In this document: in pieces, positions 12,149-26,054 of the stretch
How positions within the stretch are numbered: position 1 is the first letter of the stretch
Layout: each line of letters begins with the position of its first letter
NCBI RefSeq assembly: GCF_044704955.1
Contig: NC_091977.1
Location: 12,524,001-12,588,000 of the forward strand
Length of the DNA: 64,000 bases
DNA from: Pristiophorus japonicus
Taxonomy: Eukaryota
Direction of reading: 5' to 3'
Translations under genes and position numbers: made by a program
The notes under the pieces: generated by a model
Database searches by the model: none
Seen by the model: the letters and a program-made list of their open reading frames with translations, nothing else
What the model was told of the DNA's origin: nothing

Positions 12149-14533
12149 GAGTGAGCTCCAAACAGTACCCTGTCTGTCTGATGGTAAGCTCCAGACCGTA
12201 CTCCCTGTCTGTCTGATAGTGAGCTGCAGACAGTACCCTGTCTGTCTGATGGTAAGCTCCAGACCGTACTCCCTGTCTGTCTGATGGTAAGCTCCAGACC
12301 GTACCCCCTGTCTGTCTGATAGTGAGCTCCAAACAGTACCCTGTCTGTCTGATGGTAAGCTCCAGACCATACTCCCTGTCTGTCTGATAGTGAGCTGCAG
12401 ACAGTACCCTGTCTGTCTGATGGTAAGCTCCAGACCGTACTCCCTGTCTGTCTGATGGTAAGCTCCAGACCGTACCCCCTGTCTGTCTGATAGTGAGCTC
12501 CAAACAGTACCCTGTCTGTCTGGTGGTAAGCTCCAGACCGTACTCCCTGTCTGTCTGATAGTGAGCTGCAGACAGTACCCTGTCTGTCTGATAGTGAGCT
12601 GCAGACAATACCCTGTCTGTCTGATAGTGAGCTGCAGACAGTACCCTGTCTGTCTGATAGTGAACTGCAGACAATACCCTGTCTGTCTGATAGTGAGCTG
12701 CAGACAATACCCTGTCTGTCTGATAGTGAGTTGCAGACAATACCCTGTCTGTCTGATAGTGAACTGCAGACAATACCCTGTCTGTCTGATAGTGAGCTGC
12801 AGACAATACCTGTCTGTCTGATAGTGAGTTGCAGACAATACCCTGTCTGTCTGATAGTGAGCTGCAGACAGTACCCTGTCTGTCTGATGGTAAGCTCCAG
12901 ACCGTACTCCCTGTCTGTCTGATGGTAAGCTCCAGACCGTACCCCCTGTCTGTCTGATAGTGAGCTCCAAACAGTACCCTGTCTGTCTGATGGTAAGCTC
13001 CAGACCGTACTCCCTGTCTGTCTGATAGTGAGCTGCAGACAGTACCCTGTCTGTCTGATGGTAAGCTCCAGACCGTACTCCCTGTCTGTCTGATGGTAAG
13101 CTCCAGACCGTACCCCCTGTCTGTCTGATAGTGAGCTCCAAACAGTACCCTGTCTGTCTGGTGGTAAGCTCCAGACCGTACTCCCTGTCTGTCTGATAGT
13201 GAGCTGCAGACAGTACCCTGTCTGTCTGATAGTGAGCTGCAGACAATACCCTGTCTGTCTGATAGTGAGCTGCAGACAGTACCCTGTCTGTCTGATAGTG
13301 AACTGCAGACAATACCCTGTCTGTCTGATAGTGAGCTGCAGACAATACCCTGTCTGTCTGATAGTGAGTTGCAGACAATACCCTGTCTGTCTGATAGTGA
13401 GCTGCAGACAATACTCTGTCTGTCTGATAGTGAGTTGCAGACAGTACCCTGTCTGTCTGATAGTGAGCTGCATACAATACCCTGTCTGTCTGATAGTGAA
13501 CTGCAGACAATACCCTGTCTGTCTGATAGTGAGTTGCAGACAGTACCCTGTCTCTCTGATAGTGAGCTGCGGACAGTATCCCGTCTGTCTGATAGTGAAC
13601 TGCAGACAATACCCTGTCTGTCTGATAGTGAGTTGCAGACAGTACCCTGTCTGACTGATAGTGAGCTGCAGACAGTACCCTGTCTGTCTGATAGTGAGTT
13701 GCAGACAGTACCCTGTCTGTCTGATAGTGAGTTGCAGACAGTACCCTGTCTGACTGATAGTGAGCTGCAGACAGTACCCTGTCTGTCTGATAGTGAGTTG
13801 CAGACAGTACCCTGTCTGTCTGATAGTGAGCTGCAGACAGTACCCTGTCTGTCTGATAGTGAGCTGCAGACAATACCCTGTCTGCCTGATAGTGAGTTGC
13901 AGACAGTAACCTGTCTGTCTGATAGTGAACTGCAGACAGTAACCTGTCTGTCTGATAGTGAACTGCAGACAGTAACCTATCTGTCTGATAGTGAGTTGCA
14001 GACAGTACCCTGTCTGTCTGATAGTGAGTTGCAGACAGTACCCTGTCTGACTGATAGTGAGCTGCACACAGTACCCTGTCTGTCTGATAGTGAGTTGCAG
14101 ACAGTACCCTGTCTGTCTGATAGTGAGCTGCAGACAGTACCCTGTCTGTCTGATAGTGAGTTGCAGACAGTACCCAGTCTGTCTGATAGTGAGCTGCGGA
14201 CAGTATCCTGTCTGTCTGACAGTGAGTTGCAGACAGTACCCTGTCTGTCTGATAGTGAGTTGCAGACAGTACCCTGTCTGTCTGATAGTGAGCTGCGGAC
14301 AGTATCCTGTCTGTCTGACAGTGAGTTGCAGACAGTACCCTGTCTGTCTGATAGTGAGTTGCAGACAGTACCCTGTCTGTCTGATAGTGAGTTGCAGACA
14401 GTACCCTGTCTGTCTGATAGTGAGTTGCAGACAGTACCCTGTCTGTCTGATAGTGAGTTGCAGACAGTACCCTGTCTGTCTGATAGTGAGCTGCAGACAG
14501 TATCCTGTCTGTCTGACAGTGAGTTGCAGTCAG
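12149..14533. repeat. Minisatellite of 33-bp units (GATAGTGAGCTGCAGACAGTACCCTGTCTGTCT) with 35-bp variants and a 171-bp higher-order repeat in its left half
   Basis: The tandem array is directly visible. Marker GTGAGCTCCAAAC occurs at 12151, 12322, 12493, 12960 and 13131. Confidence 0.97.
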
Positions 14534-17500
14534 TGGTGGAGACCGGGGGTTTCCTGTCCTGGTGGTTGGGCCCAGTATAAAAGGCTGCACACCATACTTG
14601 TGCAGCACTCTGGAGTTTGGAATAAAGGACCGAGGTCACTACAGTTCAAGTACAACATATTGCCTCGTGGAGTCATTCATAAGTACACTATAGACATAAC
14701 AGCTGGCGATGAGAATAAGGACTTTCATGCGATCATGGCTACCTTTAACACACTAAAAGAATATGCAGAGGGTGATGATTGGGATGCCTTCACGGAAAGG
14801 CTCGAACAATATTTCGTGGCAAACGACCTGGCAGGGGAGACGGACACATTGGAGGAGAAACGCAAGGCTATACTGCTGACCAGTTGTGGGCCCGAGGACT
14901 ACCGCCTCATCAGTGACTTGCTGACACCCACGAAGGCCAAGGATGAGACATACGATGAGCTGACTGAACTAATTGGCGACCAAATTAAACCAAAGGAGAG
15001 CATCCTCACAGCCAGGCACAGATTCTACACGCACCGCAGACCTGAGGGCCAAGAGACTGCAAAATATGCTGCCGACCTCAGGAGACTTGCGGCACCATGT
15101 GATTTTCGCATGCACCTCAACGAAGCATTGTGAGACATCTTCGTTATAGGAATTGGCCACGAGGGCCTCCTTCACAAGCTATTATCTGCCGACACCACAG
15201 TCAACCTGCAGAAAGCCATCGGCATCAGTCAGGCGTCCATGACCTCGACCTGCAGCACCAAGCAAATCATTCAGCCTGTGGACTCAATCCGGCAAGTACT
15301 GTACACGGAATGGTGCCTTTCACAGGCAAGACTGTAGAATGTGGCTCTGCCCAGGGCAGAGAGCATAGACCTCCGGTTTCCAGAACTCAGAGTCCGCCGA
15401 GGGGTGCTAATCGAGTAGCACCATGCTGGCGTTGCGGAGTACGTATGCAAAGCCTGTAACATGAAGGGCCACCTCCAGCATATGTGTAAAAGAAATACGA
15501 CTCACCGTCTAGCAGAGGAGTCGGTAGATGACTTTGAATCCAGCGGGGAGTATGATGATTTGACCAGAGAGGCAGCTCAGCCCCAAGAAGAAGTGTATGG
15601 AGTGTATAGCTGCACCACCGATTGTCCTCCAGTGAAGATGGAAGTCGAGATAAACGGCATTCCAGTCTTCATGGAAGTGGACACGGGAGCGAGCCAGTCA
15701 GTGATGAGCCAGGATGTCTTCGAGAGGCTGTGGAATGAAAAACGACCCGAGCTGGTTCCAGTACAGGAAAAGTTGTGCACCTACACCAAGGAGCTGATCC
15801 CAGTCCTTGGTAATGCGGACGTAAGTGTAATCCATAATGGCGTGGTGCATAAGTTACCTCTGTGGATTGTTGCAGGTGAGGGTCGAACGCAACTCGGAAG
15901 AAGGTGGATGGGGAAGATCCAGTGGAAATGGGAAGACCTCTTCACTCCAGCAATCGATGTCCCCCGTGCTCACCTTCGCTTGGGCCAGGTACTAGAGAAC
16001 AGACCAGCACAGCACCTGAGGCACAGACCGGCCATCACGACTGTGTGGCAATGATCTGACCAGAACGTCCTAAAAATACTTTCCCAGCTCCAGTGGCAGG
16101 ACTCCTGGGGAGGAATATCAAAATCACAGGTACCCGTCCAGCGTTTGTGGCAGAATCGCGGGAGAGAAGGATCAAGGTAGTCGACCTCGAGGACAGAGGC
16201 AAGATGGCGTTCCTGCTGCAGTGAGGAGCAGCGTGGTTGAAAAAAAAGATGGTCGTGGCAATATCATGAGGTGCAACGCTGAGGGACCAAAATGTGGGGT
16301 CCAACAAAGGATTTGATTGGGGTAAAGCCAGCAGGGTTCTCTTAAAGGAGACCTGCAACCTGAACTTAAAGAGACATCGTATATATGGCAATCAATATAA
16401 CGAACCGATTAAGATTGTGAACAGAATGTGTTGCAATATGTCGGTACTGTAATGAACAAAATGTTGTTGTGAGATGTCGGGAATAGAGTGTCCCCTAGAG
16501 CAGCAAGCGAACAAATTCGGGAGGGCAAAGGCGCGGAGGCTGATACCCTGCCCCAGGTCTATCCCACGCTGTAGGCATCCGTTGGCACCATTCGCCACGG
16601 ACCTGGAAACGAAACCGCCGCCAATACGTGCAGTCGGCCGCTGTTGCCCACCCCTCGGGTGGAGATGGTGCAGCCCCCAGACCCAGTCGCTACCTCGGCC
16701 ATGTCTGGGAGCGAAAGGACAGAACCAACGAGTTCCCCAAATGGACCTGGAACAGCCAGGTTCCCAACACTGAGAGAGCAGGCAGAAGACTCTGCAGCCC
16801 TCAAAGGAGGACAGGGAGGCCACACACATCTGTGGCTCTGCCCACCACTAGGCAACGGCCCTGAGTCCTGGCTCAGTGAGCGAACCAAGCCCACCCCGCT
16901 AGCAAGGGACGCAGCGCCACCATCAGGCGACTAGGACCCCGTCTGGTTGCTCTGGAACTAGCGTCCTCGCATACCTGCACTGCTACCTCAGTACTGACCA
17001 TGACTAAACCATGAATGCAATCTACCCAATCCTGCCGCACGACCGTATAACGTAACGAATGTAATTCACTGAACCAAGGTGTCACGATACAAACTGAAAA
17101 TGCTTTTATTTTTCTTCCTTTCTTTGTACTTGCACTGAGTCTGATCCTGTATGTTAATGTAACGGGCCAGCTGTATGATCTCGCTATGGGGGGGAGGTGG
17201 GGGGGGGAGGGGAAATGGATGTATGTAGCCATGGACACACACATGGATCACACCCAGACCTACTGGAACCTCCACTGCATCATCGAACCATCCAAATGTT
17301 GTGGCAAAAGAACTTGGGGGTTAACAGGGAGAGAGCCAAGCCAAAGCACAGCCAAGGTGCAAGGGCTATTGGCACTTAAGTCTGGGGAGAGCTAAGCCAG
17401 AGCACAGAGTGCAAAGGTAATTGGCACAAAGGACTTGGAAGAGAGTGATGTTGTATATGCTGACTATGGATGCACTCTATGTGTAGTCAATGTGAGATTG

Positions 17501-17754
17501 TATAATATGGAGACTTGTTTACCTGATGTACTATCAATAAGGTTCACACCGTGTACATACCTGCTGGCACCACTCGAGGGCGCAACTGGTGGAGACCGGG
17601 GGTTTCCTGTCCTGGTGGCTGGGCCCAGTATAAAAGGCTGCCCACCATGCTTGTACAGCACTCTAGAGTTTGGAATAAAGGACCGAGGTCACTACAGTTC
17701 AAGTACAACATATTGCCTCGTGGAGTCATTCATAAGTACACTATAGACATAACA
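14534..17754 (+). mobile_element. Non-autonomous Gypsy LTR element (gag + protease only) inserted in the minisatellite
   Basis: 5' LTR 14534-14701 (U3 deleted), PBS TGGCGATGAG at 14704, gag (DDWDAFTERLEQYFVANDL, CWRC knuckle), protease (MEVDTGASQS), PPT about 17437 and 3' LTR 17449-17754. Flanks are GTCAG/GACAG. Confidence 0.9.
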
Positions 17755-18075
17755 GACAGTACCCTGTCTGACCAATAGTGAGCTGCAGACAGTACCCTGT
17801 CTGTCTGATAGTGAGCTGCAGACAGTACCCTGTCTGACCAATAGTGAGCTGCAGACAGTACCCTGTCTGTCTGATAGTGAGCTGCAGACAGTACCCTGTC
17901 TGGCCAATAGTGAGCTGCAGACAGTACCCTGTCTGTCTGATAGTGAGCTGCAGACAGTACCCTGTCTGTCTGATAGTGAGCTGCAGACAATACCCTGTCT
18001 GTCTGATAGTGAGCTGCAGACAGTACCCTGTCTGATGGTGAGCTGTCTGATGGTAAGGCCCAGACAGTACCCCCT
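17755..18075. repeat. Right arm of the 33-bp minisatellite
   Basis: The same unit resumes immediately after the 3' LTR. Confidence 0.95.
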
Positions 18076-18149
18076 GGATGTCTAAGTACATACAGTGTAA
18101 GATAAAGAAAAAAAGGAAGGCTTATGACAGATACCGAGGGCTTAATACT

Positions 18150-20233
18150 TATGGTACAACAAAAAAAACGGGGACCTAAAGAACAGGTGGTGGATGGAGA
18201 AAGTACAGAAGAATACAACAGCTGGCCAACAGCCATGATGTGCGAGGATTCTTCATCGCAGTCAAGGCCACCTACGGTCCAAACTCCCAAGGCCCCACCC
18301 CACTGCTGGCCAAGGACAGGGAAACACTCATCAAGGTCACGGAGGCAGTCAGGGCCCGCTGGAAGCAGCACTTCGAAGATCTCCTCTGCCTTTGACTTGA
18401 GTGTTCTCGACTCCATCTCGCAGCATGCCACCCACCACCACCTCGGCAAAACCCCAACACTGCACGAGGTAGAAAAAACAATAAGACAGCTTAAAAACAA
18501 CAAGGCTACGGGAGTGGATGGAATCCCTGCTGAGGCACTGAACTATGGCGGAGAGGCACTGTTGGCGCGAATACACGACCTCATCTCTCTCATCTGGAGG
18601 GAGGAGAGCATGCCGGGAGATCTCAGAGATGCAGTGATTGTGACCATCTTTAGAAAAGGGGACAAGTCCGACTGCGGCAACTACAGGGGAATCTCCCTGT
18701 TGTCAGCCACTGAGAAAGTCGTCACTGGAGTGCTCCTCAACCGACTTCTCCCTGTGGACGAAGAGCTCCTCCCGGAGTTGCAGTGCGGATTTTGTCCGCT
18801 ATGGGGCACAACGGACATGATTTTTGCAGCGCAACAGCTGCAGCAAAAATGCAGGGAACAGCACCAGCCCTTATAATTGGCGTTCTTCAACCTTACAAAG
18901 CCTTTGACACTGTCAACCGCAAGGGTCTATGGAGCGGCCTCGTCCGCTTCGGACGCCCCAAAAAGTTTGTCACCATCTTCCGCCTGCTCCACAACGACAT
19001 GCAGGCCGTGATCCTTATCAATGGATCCATCACAGACCCAATTCACATCCGGACTGGGGTCAAGCAGGGCTGTGTCATCGCCCCAACCCTCTTCTCAATC
19101 TTCTTTGCTGCCACGCTCCACCTCACAGTCGACAAGCTCCCCGCTGGAGTGGAACTAAATTACAGAACCAGTGGGAACCTGTTCAACCTTCGCCGTCTCC
19201 AGGCCAGGTTCAAGACCACCCCAACCTCTATCGTCGAGCTACAGTACGCGAATGACGCCTGCGTCTGCGCACATACAGAGGCTGAACTCCAGGACATAGT
19301 CGACGTATTTACTGAGGAGTACGAAAGCCTGGGCCTTACGCTAAACATCCGTAAGACAAAGGTCCTCCACCAGCCTGTCCTCGTCGCACAGCACTGCCCC
19401 CCAGTCATCAAGATCCACGGCGCAGCCCTGCACAACATGGATCATTTCCCATCCCTCAGGAGCCTCTTATCAACAAGAACAGACATTGACGACGAGATTC
19501 AACACCGCCTCCAGTGCGCCAGTGCAGCCTGAGGAAAGGAGTGTTTGAAGACCAGACCTTGAAAACTGCCACCAAGCTCATGGTCTACAGGGCTGTAGTA
19601 ATACCCGCTCTCCTGTATGGCTCGGAGACATGGACCATGTACAGTAGACACCTCAAGTCGCTGGAGAGATACCACCAACGATGTCTGCGCAATATCCTAC
19701 AAATCCCCTGGGAGGATAGACGCACCAACATCAGCGTCCTCGGTCAGGCCAACATCCCCAGCATCGAAGCACTGACCACACTTGTTCAGCTCCGCTGGGC
19801 AGGCCACATAGTTCGCATGCCTGACATAAAACTCCCAAAGCAAGAGTCCTACTAGGAACTCCTTCACGGCAAACGAGCCCCAGGTGGGCAGAGGAAACGT
19901 TACAAGGACATCCTCAAAGCCTCCCTGATAAAGTGCGACATCCCCACTGACACCTGTGAGTCCCTGGCTAAAGACCGCCCTAAGTGGAGGAAATGCATCC
20001 TGGTCGGCGCTGAGTACCTCGAGTCTCATCGCCGAGAGCATGCAGAAAACAAGCGCAGGCAGCGGAAAGAGCATGCGGCAAACCTGTCCCACCCACCCCT
20101 TCCCTCAACGACTATCTGCCCCACCTGTGACTGAGTCTGTGGATCCTGTATTGGACTGTTCAGCCACCTAAGAACTCATTTTAAGAGTGGAAGCAAGTCT
20201 TCCTCGATTCCGAGGGACTGCCCCTGATGATGA
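18150..20233 (+). mobile_element. RTE LINE, 5'-truncated
   Basis: ORFs 18124..19855 with RT motifs (ELQYANDAC, a YADD variant); 3' tail ...GGGACTGCCCCTGATGATGA. Confidence 0.92.
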
Positions 20234-20589
20234 ATACTGCAGAAACTCTGGAGGAGTATAGAAAATGCAGGGGTGAAATTAAAAAGGAAATTAGAAAGCA
20301 AAGAGAGAGTATCAAAACATTTTGGCAACTAAAATCAAGGAAAACCCAAAGACGTTTTACAAAGGATAATTATAGAGGATAATTAAAGAAAGAGTAGTGC
20401 CTATTAGAGACCATAAATATAATGTGTGTGTGGAGGCGGGAGACGTAGGTATGGTTCTTAATGAATACTTTGCGTCTATTTTCACAAAGGAGAGGAGCGC
20501 TCCATGGATACAGTACCATCAGGTAGGTGCCTAGATTGTTTGCTGTTCGGTGACATTTGCCCACAGGAAGCCTCCGACCGCAAATTCAG

Positions 20590-23500
20590 ACCCATCCACT
20601 TTAACTCCTGCCAACCTTTCTAGTGCTTCCTCTTTATTTATTTTTATCTGATCCAGAATCCCAGGAACCTCATCATTTACCGTAGCTTTGGCAAAGCCCT
20701 CTTCCTTGGTAAACACCAATGCAATCTTCATGTTCATTACCTCAGTCTGCCTCCATCAATTGGTCCCTATCGTTCCCACCATTCCTCTGACAACCCTTTA
20801 CTGTTAACATGCCTTTAGAAGGCCTTTGGATTCCCTTTTATGTTAGCTGCCAATCTATTCTCATACTGTCTCTTTGCCCCTCTTATTTCCTTTTTCACTT
20901 CTCCTCTGTACTTTCTATATTCGGCCTGATTCTCCCTTTTATTACCAAGCTAACATCTGTCTTTTTTCTGCTTCATCCTACTCTCTACCTCCTTTATCAT
21001 CCAGGAAGCTCTGGCTTTCCCCCTGTGGGAATGTAGGTAGGGTGTACTTCTCTTTCAAGGCCGACCATTGCTCCATTACAGGTCTGCCTGCCAGTCTTTG
21101 GCTCCAATTTATGTGGGTCAGATCCCTCCTCAATTCGCTGAAATTAGCCCTCCTCCTGTTAAGTATTTTTATTCTGGATTGCTCATTGTCCTTCTCCATA
21201 ACTAAGCTGAACCTTATGATACTGTGATCACTATTCCCGAGAAGCTCCCCGACTGTAAAATTCTCCACTTGGCCCACTTCACCCCCAGGTCTAGATCCAG
21301 TAATGCCTCCTTTCTCATTGGGCAGGAAGCATGCTAATCAGGAAAATTCTCCTGAACACTCTTCATCAACTCTCCCCTTTCCTGAACACAATCACTGCCC
21401 CATTCAATATTCAGGTAGATAAAGTCTCCCATTATCATTACTCTATAGTAAGCCAAAGAGGAATTCTACTCCAGCCTCAAACAATCCCTGTCCCGAGTCC
21501 CAACAAGCGACAAGCTGATCCTCCTTGGTGAACTCACGCCAGGTTTGGAAAGGACACAGACCTCTGGGGAGCTGTGATCGTCAGAGAGGGGGTAGGGAAA
21601 GCCAACTCCAATGGTACCCTCCTTCTGACGAAATGCTTAGAACACGGCCTCGTCATATCCAATAACCTGTTCCGTCAGAAGGACAAATATAAAGCTTCAT
21701 GGCAACACCCTCGCTCCAAGCACTGGCATCTGCTAGACCATGTCATTGTCCGAGCGAGGGACTGCAAAGATGTATGCATCACCCGAGCCATGACAAGAGC
21801 TCACGACTGCTGGATGGACCACCGCCTACTTCGCTCTGTCATCACCATCAACATTGCGCTAAAACAACGACGGCAACAGAAGCAGTGCCGCAGAAAAAGC
21901 AACGCCGGATCAATCAAAGATCCTGCTAAGAAAGCCCTATACAGCCAGCGCCTCACTACCAACCTGACGACACCCAGTGACCCAGAGACGCAGAGTGTCC
22001 ACAGTGCCTGGTCTGACCTCAAGGCTTCCATAATTAGCACCTGCAAAGAGAAGCTTGGTCACTCGACCAGGAAACACCAAGACTAGTTCGACGAAACGAC
22101 CAGGAGATCCAGGAGCTAATATGCCGCAAACGCAAGGCATTCTTGGACTGGAAGCAGCAACACAACTGGAGGGTAAGAAAACAGCTCTACAGACGTCTGA
22201 AGGCCGAGGTCCAACAGAAAACCTGTGACCTAAAGAACAGATGGTGGGTGGAGAAAGCTCAGGAAATCCAGCAGCTAGCCGACAACCACGACGTGCGAGG
22301 ATTCTTCAGCGCAGTCAAGACCACCTCTGGCCCAAGCACCCAAGGCCCTATGCCACAACTGGCCAAGAACGGAGCGGTGCTCATTAAGGACAGAAAGGCA
22401 GTCAGTGCCCGCTAGAAGGAGCACTGTGAGGATCTCCTCAACCGAGACCCTGTCTTCGACATGACAGTCCTCAACTCCATCCCACAGCAAGCCACCCGCC
22501 ACCATCTCAGCACAACCCCAGCCCGGCACAAGGATGAAAAGGCCGTCTGACAACTGAAGAACAAGTCATCAGGATCTGATAGAATCCCCACCGAAGCACT
22601 AAAACATGGCGGAGAAGCACTACTGACATAGATCCATGACCTCATCTCTCTGGAAGGAGGAGATCATGCCAAGAGATCTCAGAGACGCTGTAATCGTGAC
22701 CATCTTCAAGAAAGCTGACAAGTCCGACTGCGGTAACTACAGAGGAATCTCCCTGCTGTTGGCCACCGGGAAAGTCATTGCAAGAATCCTCCTCAGTTGG
22801 CTTCTCCCTGTGGCTGAAGAGCTCCTCTCAGAGTCGCAATGCAGAGTCCACCCACTAAGGGGCACAATGGACATAATCTTCACGGTGCGGCAGATACAAG
22901 AGAAATGCAGGGAACAGCACCAACCCCTGTACATGGCCTTCTTTGACCCCACAAAAGCCTTCGACACTGTCAACCATGAGGGATTATGGAGCGTCCTCTT
23001 CAGATTCGGCTGCCCTCAAACGTTTGTCAGCATCCTTCGCCTGCTTCACGACGACCTGCAAGCCATGATCCTGACCAACGGATCCACCACAGACGCAATC
23101 CACGTTCAGACTGGGGTCAAGCAGGGCTGTGTCACCACAACAACGCTCGACTCGATATTCCTTGCTGCAATGCACCATCTCATTTCGCAGCAAGCTCCCC
23201 GCAGGAGTGGAGCTAAATTACAGGACAAATGGGAATCTGTTCAACCTCCGCCACCTCCAGGCCAGATCCAAGGTCGTCCCATCCTCCATCATCAAATTAC
23301 AGTACGCAGACAATGCTTGCGTCTGTTCACACTCGCAGGCTGAACTCCAAGCCATCAGCAACACCTTCACCGAGGCGTACGAGAGCATAAGCCTTACACT
23401 AAACATCCATAAGACAAAGGTCCTCTACCAACCTACCCTCCGGTTATCAAAATCCACGAAGAGGCCTTGGACAATGTGGACTATTTTCCATACCCCGGGA

Positions 23501-24660
23501 GCCTACTGTCAACAAGGGCAGACATTGACAACAAGGTCCAACACCACCTTCAGTGTGCCAGTGCAGCCTTCAGTCGCCTGAGGAAGAAAGTGTTTGAAGA
23601 CCAGGACCTCAAACCCGGCACCAAGCTCATGGCCTACAGAGCAGTAGTGATACCCGCCCTCCTACATGGCTCAGAGACATGGACCATGTACAGCAGGCAC
23701 CTCAAAACACTGGAGAAGTACCACCAACGCTGCCTCCGCAAGATCCTGCAAATCCATCGGCAGGATAGGCGCACCAACGTCAGTGTCCTCGGTCAGGCCA
23801 ACATCCCCAGCATCGAAGCACTGACCGCCCTCGATTAGCTCCGCTGGGCAGGCCACATTGTCCGCATGCCCGACACGAGGCTCCCAAAACAAGCGCTCTA
23901 CTCGCAGCCCCGACACGGCGAGCGAGCCCCAGGTGGGCAGGAGAAACGCTTCAAGGACTCCTTGAAAAAATGTAACATCCCCACTGACACCTGGGAATCC
24001 TTGGCCCAAGACCGTACAAAATGGAGGAAAAGCATCCGGGAAGGCGCTGAACACCTCGATCTGTTCGCCGAGAGCAAGCTGAAGCTTAAGCGTCGACAGC
24101 GGAAGGTTCGCGCGGAAACCCAGGCTCCCCACCCACCCGTTCCTTCAACCACCGTCTGCCCCACCTGTGACAGAGACTGTCGGTCCCGCATTGGACTCTT
24201 CAATCACCTGAGAACTCATTTTTAGTGTGGAAACAATTCATCCTCGACTCCAAGAGACTGCTTATGATGATAGTTCATGCACCTCTCAGTAATTTCTTTG
24301 CAAATCTGCTCTTCTATCACCTTCCCACTATTTGGTGGCCTATAGAATACACCAAGTAGCATAATAGTTCCTCTATTGTTTCTTAACTCCGACCAAATAG
24401 ATTCTGTCTTTGATTCCTCAAGGACACTCTCTCTTTCTAGCACGGCAATATTTTCCTTAATCAAAACTGCTACACCTCATCCTTTTTTCCTTTCCTATCT
24501 TTCCTGAATACCTTGTCGCCAGGAATATTAAGCATCCAAAGCTCCATTTTTTGAGCCAGGTCTCAGTTATCGCCACAACATCATATTCTCATGTGGCTTT
24601 TTGCGCCTGCAGCTCACCAACATTATTAACCACACTTTGTCTTTACACACATGCACTCCA
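20590..24660 (-). mobile_element. Old CR1 LINE (endonuclease region) split by an RTE insertion
   Basis: Minus-strand peptides LGNSDHSIIRF (20978..21277) and GVFYRPPNS (24222..24464) lie on either side of the RTE. Confidence 0.8.
21455..24271 (+). mobile_element. RTE LINE, near-complete decayed EN-RT ORF
   Basis: EN end (WQHPRSKHWHLLDH, DCWMDH), RT (KAFDTV, LQYADN), C-terminal CPTC..H..H and an (ATG)n tail. Confidence 0.92.
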
Positions 24661-24799
24661 AACCTAACTTACACCTCTTTGTATTTTCTATGATCCACCT
24701 AATTCTGTATTATTTCTAACTCCTAACTGTCTCTCTCTCTCTGCACCTTGTTTCTACTTTTTAATACCACATCTTGGTGCCCAACCCCCTGCCGATTTG

Positions 24800-25165
24800 A
24801 GGAATCGAATGCAGTACTGAGGGAGTGCTGCACTGTCAGAGATGCCGTATTTCAGATGAGTCGGTAAACCAAGGCCACATCTGCCCTCCTGGTAGATGTA
24901 AAAATCCCACAGCGCTTTCATAAGAAGAGCAGGGGAGTTTTTCCCAGTGTCGTGGGCCAATATTTATCCCTCAACCAACATCACTAAAAAGCACATTATT
25001 TGATCATTTATTTTTGGTCATTGCTGTTTGTGGGAGCTTGCTGTGCGCAATTTTGGTTGTCGTGTTTCCTACATTACCACAGTGAGTACACTACAAAAGT
25101 AATTCATTGGTTGTAAGGCGCTTTGGGACATCCTGAGGTCGTGAAAGGCGCTATATAAATGCAAA
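24800..25165 (+). mobile_element. Deu-domain SINE (SacSINE/AmnSINE-like), 5'-truncated
   Basis: Core ATTGCTGTTTGTGGGAGCTTGCTGTGCGCAA and tail GGCGCTATATAAATGCAA; paralogous to 58463-58915. Confidence 0.75.
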
Positions 25166-26054
25166 TTAATCGTTTCTTGCACTGAGACTATTCTGAGATT
25201 CAGTAATTAAAAAGCCAATGACACAAAAATGAAATTACAAACTGATCTGAAGGGAAAGTCTTGTCTCCCATTTAAACCCAGAGAGTCCGATCCCCTTTGA
25301 TCGTGGGCAGGAGACAGCAGTAAATTCAGTGTTGTGCAGTCAGCTCAGCCGATGGGATTAATGCTGAATTCTGAATGACAAGGTCACAAGAAGACCGACA
25401 TATTCAGTGGTCTGAGCTTCCTGATGGCTTCCCTCGGTGTTCTGATTCCAATCTGGAGTTTGGCAGCTCAAACTTTTCAACATTTCATTTATTAAACCTG
25501 CTCCCAGTCCATTACAGCCCAGAAACATGCCTTTTGGCCCAACAGGTCGATGCCGGTGTTTATGCTCTGCACGAGCCTCTTCATCTCACCCTATCTGCAT
25601 GTCCTTCTATTCCTTCCTCCCTCATGTGTATATCTAGCTTCCCCTTAAATGCATCTGTGCTATTCACCCCAACTGTTCCTTGTAAAGGGAATTGGGTAAA
25701 TACTTGAAGGGGAAACAATTGCAGGGCTATGGTGAAAGGGCAGGGTGCGGGATTAATTGGATAACTCTTTACAAGAGCCAGCACAGGCTCGATGGGCTAA
25801 ATGGCCTCCTTCTGTGCTGTAAGATTAAATCATTCTATGATTTGATAGGTGGAATGGCTGAAATTCTGATCTAAATTTAACACTGCGGTAAGTGTGATGT
25901 CAATGGACTGAAAATCTCCAAGTCACTCAGCAAGCGAGTGTAGAATTTACCAATATCTCGCAAAGATTCCGGGTACCTTTCCCCTGTAGAGGAGAAGAAT
26001 CCTTTTCTGGGCTTTTAAAATGAGTTTAAAGGGGCAGACGAGGCCTGCGGGGGA

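Noticed and set aside
11845-15133. Very long ORFs (740, 850, 403 and 358 aa) with 11-residue repeats
   Set aside because: They are by-products of a 33-bp unit open in several frames on both strands. They run into CR1 or LTR sequence and show no gene context.
12149-18075. CRISPR-like appearance of roughly 33-bp repeats
   Set aside because: The units are head-to-tail with no unique spacers, there are no cas genes, and the DNA is eukaryotic.
25520-25845. Apparent inverted structure
   Set aside because: It is two different CR1-type 3' ends lying back to back, not a designed hairpin.
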